Below are positions 40,423-51,391 of a stretch of 64,000 bases of DNA, piece by piece. The stretch's first letter is position 1. Every line of letters starts with the position of its first letter. The position numbers and the translations under genes are program-made. Source of the DNA: Antedon mediterranea (Eukaryota > Animalia > Echinodermata); the NCBI RefSeq assembly GCF_964355755.1, contig NC_092675.1, positions 21,238,912 through 21,302,911 on the forward strand, in the 5' to 3' direction. Under the pieces are notes generated by a model. The model was not told the DNA's origin, did not search any database, and saw nothing but the letters and a program-made list of their open reading frames with translations.

Positions 40423-43222
40423 TTTGATGTCGAATCAATGTTACAGTTTGACGTTCCACAAGATAGGTTCAGATTAAATAATCTGAGTCGTTTATTTTAA
40501 AACTATTTCCACCAGATTTAAATGTGCGTTTTACTCTTTATGCCCGATTGAAAGGTGGTTATCTGAAATTGTCCGCGTCGATGCATTATTATTATTCAAC
40601 TTGTAGTTATATAATTGGAAGAATGGATATAGAGAATAGGGGTGCGGAGCTACATTATGGGTAGAAGCTAACGACAAAAGCTGTATTTCTGTAGTGAAAT
40701 TAGAAAATGTATACGAGAAATATTTCAATATGGAATACAATACTAATCTTAGCCTATTCATTACATTTACGTTGTTTACAACAAAGAAACATGAAATAAT
40801 AATGTTATAAAGATACAAAAACAAACACACCGAGTAATAATTTAACATAATTACATTTTAGTAGGAATGTCATGGACATAGTAACAGTACTTTCGCTTGT
40901 GAGTAAATTAATTAATTTCCTCCGGAAAGAAACTTGTGTAAAGGCCAGGTGCGGGCAAAAAATTTCTATTGATCATACATTCCAATAATTATCGATCTAT
41001 AGTTTCCCCTATGTTTCATAATTTTTGGGATTTTATTTGTGTTACACAAGCTTGTTGAAAATCAGCACTTTCTTATCAGTGGGGGGATAGTTCAAATTAA
41101 ACAGTAAAATCTCTATTCTTTTGTACACAAATTTTGTAAATAGACAGACATTTTAAAACGCTATGAAAAATAAACATTGTGGTAAAAAATGTTATCAGAT
41201 GACTAAATATAGGTAATATAACTTGAATATTACATTTCTGTTTTTTTTTATTCAACTTCAGATTTTTATTTTCATGCTATAGCAAAAATTATCCAGCGTA
41301 TATCCACCATCTTTTTTCACCTTCTAGGGAGTCACCAGACATGTTATTACATTAGGTTAACTACCTAACTACTGAAAAAAGGTCTTCTTGGTTTTTATGG
41401 AAGAATTTTGCCAAATTTTGTATTTGACCATATTAAGGGAAATTCATGTTTTTTCGTCTTGATTTCTGTTACACATATTTGATTTATGTACAATTAACCA
41501 AATATTATATTTAAAATTCATGCCTGTACCTGAGCTTAACAGCTTATTAAGCGATAACTCCAGAGGGCGCCATATTTAAAAGGTAAATCAAAGATAGTGT
41601 AGTAGGCTATCTTTGGGTAAATGGGGACAAAACAGTTCCATAGGCTAGGCACGAGGCTAAGCGCGATGATGTAAATTTACATTACTGCTATACTATATTA
41701 TACAGGTATATAACACATAAATAAATTCCTGTCATTTTATTGGACGCATTTAGGTCACATGGCGTGTAATAGTACGCACTATTAAACGATCGTTTAATAG
41801 TACCTTTTTTCGTGTACGAAAAAAAAAATCTTTCTGCGTTTGAAAAACATTTTGTTTTTTTAATATTGCTTTTGAAATACAACAGCGCCACCTACTTTGT
41901 ACTTTCGCCGCGATTTGAATGTTATGATTGGTAAGTTTTGATTGCGATAAAACATATACCCTATATGTACTAATTTATACCAAAAGCCTTTTGAAAAGGC
42001 ATTTAAATTAACTTTAGATCGTTTGTAGGATTTTGAATAATTAATGGAAACATCTAAAAAAGACGTGGAATAATTGGAAAAATAATTAGCCTAGATGAGT
42101 TCCAATTGTCTGTCGAAGTTGCCTTTCAGCCAAGCTATAGTACTAGGCCTAGATCTAGCCTAGGCTAGGCCCAGAGCTGCTATAGTCTAGAGGCCTTAGT
42201 ATTAGGCTAGGCCTAGCCTATAGGCGTTTTAGCCTTGCTAGGCCTAGGATTGTTTGGTCGTTTGTTGACATAATTAACACTAAAGTAGTAGGTGTGTTTC
42301 TAAAATACATATAAATATAACATTTAATATAAAATTAAAAAAACAAATGTTACTTAATAAATGTGAATCAAATGTAGGCTAGGGCTACCTTTTATTTAAA
42401 TAAATGATTTAAAACAAATAATAGGTGTCTGGATTACGAATCGGTGGATCCTAAAACAAATGTGTTTCTCAACACAAACAGATATGTAAAACAAAGGCTA
42501 AAGCCGTATGAATGATTTGATTCCACAATTATCTGGACTACGGTGGCCCTACCAAATAAAGCATACAGATAACATAAAGATACAAAAAAATGTGTACAAT
42601 TAAATAAAGAATCGTAAACGTAAGACAGAACATATGAAAATTAGAAACTAAATAAAAAGGATGAAAAAATGTACAAAACAATATAAGGTCTATAGCAAAT
42701 TATTAAAATTCAATTTAAAAAAGAAATTGTATGCCAGAGAAGTATTATTGGCTGGTGTTAGTAAAAAAATTGGTTATTACAATGTGAGATTTAAGACGTA
42801 CAATAAGCAAATTGACAGAAGGTGTTTCTTGAGTAAAACCATGGAATATTTTTTAAAAAATCACTAGTTTATTGTTTAAAGTTGTTAATATTCGCATATG
42901 TTCTTGTGTATATAATTGGCTAATGTCATTTTTCGATAGTCTGTTCTCTTTGTGGTGAATCGCTTTTTGAGGCTACATTAGAATGGTGGTATCTTGAGTG
43001 AATTACGGATCTATAAATTAATTTATAGATCCACGAGTAAATCTATACGAAAGTTGTGAGGCAGAGTATAGTTTAAAATATAAAAGATATAACATATTAA
43101 ACACTACTTATCAATTCCAAACCACCATAAAAATAGTTTAGTAATTTAAGTTATAAGAATTCTTCATTGAAAAAATGAAAGACTATAGTGTTAGGTCATT
43201 AGTTCAATTGAGTATTAATGTA

Positions 43223-46038
43223 TTATTCAAAATCATATACCAGGCCTGTTCCGTGAAGATTCTCTCTGATCACAGCATCAAACTGCTCATTTTGAGCAAC
43301 AGTAAATGGTTCTTCCAGTCACCAATTTGACCTATATTAAAACAATTTGCAAACATTAAAACCCAAATGAGGCCGGCAATAACTAACTTGTCATTTTGCC
43401 TGAGCAGCGAATGATGATGATGATGATCTTCTGATCATAACAAAGAATAATAATAATGTTTTTTTCTAAAAGAATACAAATTGTGTAAAGTATCTTAAAA
43501 CAAATTGCATGAAAAGCACTAAAATTTAAAAATTTCTACTAATCTTTAGTGTGGTGAAAGAACCTACAGTCACTTACCTTTTCGGATCAATGGAACTTTT
43601 CCCATTGCTTTTGTTATAAACACGCCTCCTTGTACCCTTTTCTCAAAATTTTCATATGATTTCTTCATATTTTTTACTTCAGAGTGATGAACTACTTGGT
43701 CAAGTTCTTCATCCGTTAGAGTGCGCTCTAGATGATCGGCAAATTTAATGATTGATTCTTTTGGGTCCTAAAAGTAATATTTAGAACATTATTGAACACA
43801 ATGCTGATGCTTTAAGCAACTCAATTAACGTAGTCACTTTCAATACTCTACAAAAACCATACGGCCATTTACAAAATGTTCTGTTATATCTAGAACATTA
43901 CATACAGTAGGAAAAATGTAATAAGCCTGTGTCACGTGTGCCAATTCCAGTTTTTGCACTGATGGCACAACCTTTATTATCCAATATAAACTATATATAA
44001 ATGTGTTTTTATAGACCTACTTACCGGAACATAAACTACAATTTAAAAACTACCTATACATGTAAAAATATGTATAGGCATACAATAATGTCAATATACA
44101 TTGTCAAAATAATTTAAATTGTTCAATAACAAACACAAAATCACTATAAAAGAAGATTTGTAATAATCCATATTTCGTGTGCCTTACGTTAAGGTGCATT
44201 TTTTTAGATTGATTGATCGGTTAATTTTGATATAGAAAAAACATATCGTTATTTTACACCTGCACACCTACAAAAACATATCCCTATTTTTGGAAGTATA
44301 GACCGGCCATTAATGTTTTTCTAGAATGCCCACAATTGGGTATTTCATTGATTGAGTATTTGTTTTTTCTATGGGAAAAGGCCTTGCATTAATTTTGATC
44401 AAATAAACATAAAATATACCATTTCTATAAATAAGGAAAAAGGAAAATCAATACAAATTATTTGATTACCTGGAAATGATCATTACGGTACATTCTTTAA
44501 CTAGGGAGTTCATTTGGCCTAATCTCAGAATACCTTTTTCATATCTTCATACTTCATAAACAAAAAGTTTGAATCATGTCGATGTTTCCAGAAATCAAGA
44601 ACATTTGTGAAAAATCCTCCCATTACCACTATAAAATAAAAGTGAACAGTCAGTGCAGAAGATGTTACAACACACCTGTGTATATTTACGGTTTGGTTAC
44701 TTTTGTATATCATATGTCGTTCAATTTCATTTATACTGCACGGAAAAAATGTTATGTTAAAAATTATATGTTATTGTTGTTCTATTAAATTGTTCTATTG
44801 CATGAACACGTGGAAGCTGGAGATATATGATCATGTAAAAACGTACATTTTGAATAGAATAACTGAAGCATTCGTATAAAGCTCTGTTTACACTATCAAA
44901 CTAGACAAAATAGTGTGATGTGCTCAAATATGGTGGTGGTATGTTCAAATATGGTAGTGATATGACATCATCATGTCCATATAGGCACATCACATTTTAA
45001 GTATTGCTTGCATTACAATATACAGAATAAAGTATACTTACTGTCTTCTTGTTTTATCCAGTTATCAATATATCCATTCCAACTTCTCTTCTCAATTACA
45101 CCAAGTCCTAAGGCGAAGTGATACATAGATACTCCACAATCCTTAGCATTTCTCGTCACACAGATCTATCAAATCAAATGCCTGATGCAGATCTAAAAGC
45201 TAAAACATAATATACAATATAATACGTTTAATAGTACTTAACAATAAACTAAAATGCCAGAAAATGAACATAAAACAATTTAATACATTTTAAATGTCTT
45301 TCAATTAGCAATTGAAGGAATAAGGGGGCTCAACAGAGCGATAACCATAATTACGGTTGCAGACGAGATGGATGGAAGCAAGTAGAGACTTGAACTAAAT
45401 CATCACAGATAATACACGGATGAATTAAAGCCAGCGAAGGATTATGCAAGAATTACAAGTGCAATGAATATGTGTTTCTTGATCGGACAGAAAAAAACCC
45501 ACTAGATTGACAGTTGCATTTCAATCTTGTTACCTTAGGTTTCTTGGTAAACACCTGAGGAGAAAGTAGGGATTTGGGAAGGTGGGTGAGAATAACTCTA
45601 CGAGTTGTAATTGCTTCCAACTTTTTGTAAAAAAGGGACCGAAGATTATGTCAGTTTTGTCCTTTAAGTATGATATTTCCAGAGGTGATTCTATACAGGT
45701 ACGATCTATTTTATCTGGATCACCACCAGTCAGAATTAGATGGCTAATTTCAGATGTCCAGCGAGTACTTAGGAAAAAGAGAAAAAAAACACCAAATACT
45801 GTATGTCTGTCTTGGGATACAGCTTCACGTACTTCTGGTCCCTAGACAACTTAGACATGGCACATTTTAAACAGAAAACTTGGGTCGGTCTTCTGATTTT
45901 GTTACTATACTTAAATATATCATCAGGCCTAACTTCAAACGTTGCCATTGTATCCAAGTTTCCAGGAGGAGTATATAGCATGTCAAACTTACTTCCTTTG
46001 TAGTGATAGTACCCTTTATGTACTAGATCTGCCGTCAT
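43223..46038 (-). pseudogene. SULT: Cytosolic sulfotransferase paralog 6, pseudogene
   Basis: Exon remnants 46038-~45912, 45768-45534, 45165-45042, 44628-44534, 43767-43578, 43331-43223. LVTYxKCG and its donor are replaced after RPDDIF; exon 2 acceptor AG>AA; exon 2 is 235 vs 236 nt and exon 6 is 109 vs 110 nt (frameshifts). Confidence 0.88.
44879..44997 (+). mobile_element. MITE family partial copy
   Basis: aagctctgtttacactatcaaact..tgtgatgtgctcaaatatgg; related to 10604 and 53699 copies. Confidence 0.55.
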
Positions 46039-46529
46039 TTCAATCTGTAAAAAGCAGAAAACTGCTGTAAAAACTATTGGTGTATTTTTTAGAGTAAAAA
46101 ATATCATCTATTCTAAGGCTTTTAGTATTCTGGAATAGGCCTTGACATGACAGTTGCGTGAAAATTTGTCGGCGGTGTCCGTGACTCAATACCGACATCG
46201 GTTACGGTTACATCATATATTTTAACCTTAATTAAAAGTGGATCTTCAGTTTGTAACAGGTAGCTTAGGTCGACTACTACTAGTACATTTTTTAACCTAA
46301 AGATACGTCTAGTGATCGAGCATGAGTTGCAGTTCCTAACTAGTTGCAACCCGGAAATCGCAAAGTGAACTAACTTTACCGCCGACGGTTAAAACTCTAC
46401 CGATGACCTCAGAAATATTGTTTTAAAACCTTTGATAATAATATTCATAAGACAGAAATATGGAAGAATATCGTAGGCCTGCTAAAATGTTTTAGAATAA
46501 CCTATTGCGGTACACATTGAACAGCTGAT

Positions 46530-47262
46530 ATTCAATTCAATTCAATTCAAAATTCTTTAATCATCCCACACGGGGCAATTCAAATAAAAAGGACTGGATT
46601 AAAATGATCTTACAAAATATACAAAATATCACAATACACAGTACAAAAAAAAAACAAGAGTCAAGGATCAAGAATTTAAGAGTCGAATAGCCACTGGCAA
46701 AAACGAATTCCTTTTACGGTTTGTTCTACATGCCGGGCATCGAAAGCGACGCCCATGAGGCATGAGCTCGAAATCACTGAACAAGGCATGGTTAATATTT
46801 TTTAGAATAGCTCTACTTTTTTCTAGAGTTTGCATGTCACAGAAAGAAGATAAGCTACGAAGTTGACAACCTATTAATTTAGAACTTAAGTTAACAATTC
46901 TGTGTAGTTAGTTTTTCTCTTTGACCCTAAGACTAAAAAACCAGCATATAAAGAAAAAATTTAAAACGTTCTCAATAAAGGAATTTAATATAAAAACCCT
47001 AAGAATTACTTTATCGACATTAAAATGGTTCAGCTTCCTTAACAGATAAAGTCTCTGGTGTCCTTTCTTTACTATTGCCTCTGTATTTAATTCCCAGCCG
47101 AGATTGTCCTCAAATAGGCCTATAGTACCTAGGTATTTAAAGGAATGGACAATTTCGACTGGTTCGTCATTTATAATGGATACCCAAGGGTTGCGTCCTT
47201 TCTCCTTCCTAAAATCTACAATCATCTCCTTGGTTTTGGTCACATTGAGTTCCAAGTAGGAT
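46530..47262 (-). mobile_element. LINE 3' fragment, Rex1/Babar (CR1-group)-like
   Basis: LNVTKTKEMIVDFRK, FKYLGT, KKGHQRLYLLRKL; terminal RNSFLPVAIRLLN; (TTGAA)n tail at 46530-46550; stop codon at 46908. Confidence 0.85.
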
Positions 47263-47356
47263 AGATAGAGTAAGTAACCGACACCGACGGAGTTGGTGAC
47301 ATGCGTTTTACATTGTATCTACCTATTCCAGAAGAATTAAGCATAATTTATATAAT

Positions 47357-47381
47357 GCCCTTACGTAAATTTATATATAGA
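47357..47381 (-). mobile_element. Orphan Helitron 5' terminus
   Basis: gcccttacgtaaatttatatataga identical to 31485-31509; 46348-46475 also resembles 37361-37477 of the third Helitron. Confidence 0.5.
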
Positions 47382-49398
47382 TTATAGATACTGCCTGCAT
47401 AGCTTACGCCAAACTGGTTTCTGGGGAAAATAAATATTCCCAGTCACTTTTTATGTCGTAAATAATAAAAAATAAACATAGTTAGTCAAGATATTGGTAC
47501 TAAAATCTAGCTTTCACAGACTAGATGACATACTTACCGGGTGTCACGAAACTTAAGATCACGAAAGCTAAATCAAACTGCTGTAGCAAAGACAGCTTAT
47601 ACCACCACTATTATTATTATTAACAATTCAATTTATTGTGTTTGTATAAAACACATCTATTGTTATGCAAATTAGTGTGAAATTTAGGGTCTCTATTCAA
47701 ATAGAAATGTTAGATTAATCTCGCTTGTCTTGGGTCAACTCGCTTGCGTTTTGTCTCGACGTCCTTGCGTTGCGTTCTAGTTGGAACAAAAGCTAGCTAT
47801 AGATTAGATTTGATTTTTTTAAAGAATGCTGAACATTCGCACTTATGTAGTTTACAATTTTCGCACCCAAATGGTCTTTTAACTTTCCGTAAAAATTCTG
47901 GCAATGCTACTTTGGCCATTGGAACAATTTTATTTGGACAGAAATGATAGTGTAGTTCTGTTGAAGGCCTAAAACCAGTAACTGTGGCTTATGTTAAACA
48001 TGGGAAATATTGTTAGGGAAAACATGAATACTACATTAAGAAAAATCTTTTAGCATTTAAGGAGAATGCCTAACAAGTTTTAACCTACTGTAGACACAGC
48101 ACTTTATTTTTCATCAAAATCATCATACAAAGCTCATAGTTCAACTATGGAGTTATAAGCTCTAGGGTTGAAAAAAAAAATTCTACTGTGGCCTACTATG
48201 TTATTAACCCAGTACAGAAACACTGACATCAATATACACATAAAATACCACTTATTTTTGACCTAAAATTACATTACACAATGAAATTCTATAAAAAGCA
48301 TTGGATATCAGGTTATGTACCAGAAATAGGGCCCTATCCGGGCTTTTATCAACTTTCTTAAGTCAAAAAGCTTAAGCAAAAAAAAAACTAACTTTTATCA
48401 AACTTGTTATTGCAATGGGTTTTGTAAAGAGACTAAAGCACTCTAAAGAACCTAGTACATCTTTCGAGACGAGTAGGGGTTACACACTGTCGTGCTTGAA
48501 GTAGGCCTTCTAGTACTGTGGCCTTTTAGTTCCATGATAATCAATTATGTTGAATATTATGGGCGTAAATAATAATAGTTTGTTTTTTTTATTAGCAAGT
48601 GATTGTGATTCTAATCAAATCAATACATGTACATGTTGAAATTTGACGGACTTAACTAAACAAAAATGTAGGATAATAATTAAAAACAAGGAATGACATG
48701 AAATAAAATACAAAAATATTTACATATGCGAAAAATTAATTTCGATTTTTAAAGTTTTAATTATATTCAAAATATTATTAATTACCAATGCTTTTTTCAT
48801 GTGAAACATCACAGTCACATTATTTATATTTAGATCATTTTTTGTAAACTTTAAGGATAACAAAAATTAACAATGTAAGGAAACAGAGAGGGAATTTTAG
48901 TGCAATTTATTTACAATAGGCCTATACTGTAAGGATATATAAATTAAGTGTATTTATTACTCTCACTACATTTTCTATTTTAATAATTATCTATAACGGA
49001 CTCTGTTAGTTATCCTTTCTGATACAGACTTTTATTTTGATTTCCATTAAATCAGATTCCTTTTTCTTAATTTTATACCATTTTTGGCACATAATCCAGT
49101 AGAAAAAATATTAATTTTAGTAATTTAGATTCATATATTTACAGAATAATAAACGTTGGATTCAATCCGTCTATCATTCATTGTAAAGTTTTAACCGATT
49201 CTTTTATTACAACAACATTCACAAAAACCCCGGATGAAAATAACCAAAAAAAATCAAACTATTAAATTAATAAGTAAAATGGTGACATAAAAATTCCATC
49301 ACACGTATTAAAGACCTAGACATTTTTTAAGTCAAACACAATCCACCTAATCTAGATTCGCCTGTAAATTGGTAAAAAGATAAATATGGCGTTTCGTT

Positions 49399-49459
49399 AT
49401 ATATATACAGTATATATACAGTATATATACAGTATATATACAGTATATATACAGTATAT
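49399..49459. repeat. 11-bp tandem repeat (TATATATACAG)x5
   Basis: Seen directly. Confidence 0.9.
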
Positions 49460-49822
49460 TGAAACACACCTACAAACCAATGCAGCAAGAATTGAATTTT
49501 AACTGCGTTTGTTTTAATTCAAAGATTATTATATTTACATAAAATCCAAATATAAAATACAATCAATCAATCATAGAGTAAGAGTACAAATTATCTCAAC
49601 TACTGTAACTTTTTACATTACAAATGCTCGGACAACAATTAAAAACAAAATTCTATATGCAAATACAGTATGTCGTAATTTATAAGAAACAACTGTTTAC
49701 AAAAGCATGTTTATTTTCGAAAACAAATCGGCATCTACATTTATGAAAAGAATTAAGAAAAAGAAAAATGTATGAATAGTGTACTACAGTAGCACACGTC
49801 CTTTAGGACACCCCAGAGTAAA

Positions 49823-50152
49823 CCTCTATTCAGGGGACACTTTCTTGTCAAACGAATAAGCAGCAATAGGCCTATATGTTTAACACTATACGAACTCCTA
49901 TTCAGGAGACACTTTCTTGTCAAACGAATAAGCAGCAATATATGTTTAACACTATACGAACTCCTATTCAGGAGACACTTTCTCGTGAAACGAATGAGCA
50001 GCAATATATGTTTAACACTATACGAACTCCTATTCAGGGGACACTTTCTTGTCAAACGAATAAGCAGCAATATATGTTTAACACTATACGAACTCCTATT
50101 CAGGGGACACTTTCTTGTCAAACGAATGAGCAGCAATATATGTTTAACACTA
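49823..50152. repeat. 66-bp minisatellite, 5 copies
   Basis: ctattcagg(g/a)gacactttct..atatgtttaacactatacgaact; the overlapping ORFs show a 22-aa period. Confidence 0.95.
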
Positions 50153-51391
50153 GGGGACCAGCGAGCTCTCATATGAGAGCTTTAAAGTGCTGGAGAACAG
50201 AGTGGTGTATGTAAATGGTCCCCCTGCTTCTTCTTTTTTGTTTTGATTATCTTTGGATATTTTATGGATCATTTTTTTTGTGTAAAGAGCTTAGAAATAT
50301 TGTATTAGGCGCTATATAAGACTACCATTATTATTATTAAATCCTATTCAGGGGATATAATAAAGGGTAAAATGTGTTTGGTAGTCACAAAAGTGGAGAT
50401 CTACTGTACTACCTAAAACTGAAAAAACATAATAGAATTTTATATACAGAAAAATAAAAGAAGAGGAAGAGGATACTCTATGGTAAGACAGAAACAAAGA
50501 AGAGGTTGCTGAACAAGCAATTGCCAATACTTAGTAAATTTCAATAAAAAAAAGGATAATGATATGATCTATCAAATATATACAGTATATCAATCAATCA
50601 AATACCAGCATTAATTTATTGAAATGATTTGCTAAAATACCACATTTATCTGTTAAAATACTTGAAACATGTTGTCATCATAGACCATAATCAGTTTCAG
50701 TAATCAATACATCTTTATAAGTTTCAGTAATCAATACATCTTTATAAGTTTCAGACAAGTGTATTTCTTGATAAAAGTGTAAACAGGTGCATGTACAGAT
50801 AGTTATGCTACATCATTTAAAGATTTAAAATTACCAAGTTTGAGCCTGAAATTCTCTCTGAAACTGTACAAACATTTATGGATATCACAATTAATGTATA
50901 GTTAGAAATGCCAAACCTTGACAATGCCAACAATGAAGACCATTGCATCATTGTCATTATTAATTAAAATATTCATCATAGAGATACTATTAAATTAATA
51001 GAGAGTAAACAAACAAACAGCGACATGATGCAAACAGGGCAACGACTCTTTAAAATGGCTACTATATTCCGTATCGCAAATATTTTACTAAAATATAAAA
51101 ATAATTTTAAAACATTTTTTTTTTACTTTAACAACATGTTGTTTAATTAACAACATAAATCACACATCATACCTATATCATTATATTTATAAAATCAAAT
51201 CTATTGGTAATGGCAATAAAAAGAATAATTTATTATCAAATTTGTTGTATACGAAGCCCATACGCTTAACACTGTGAAACGCAGACGTAGTTGTGCGTGA
51301 CTTAAAACTGTTGTGTCAATGTGTCTGTATGGTGGAACACTGTTTTAGTGTGTTAACTCTTTTGGTTTTATTTTATCTCTATGATTTTCAT

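Noticed and set aside
46125-47335. 12-bp inverted match ttctggaatagg / cctattccagaa as TIRs
   Set aside because: Short, with no evident TSD; insufficient to define an element.
49753-50214. Repetitive ORFs on both strands
   Set aside because: Artefact of a 66-bp (multiple of 3) minisatellite.
50200-51390. AU-rich elements in the NF-kappaB 3' UTR
   Set aside because: ATTTA is expected at this frequency in AT-rich DNA, and the UTR extent is unknown.
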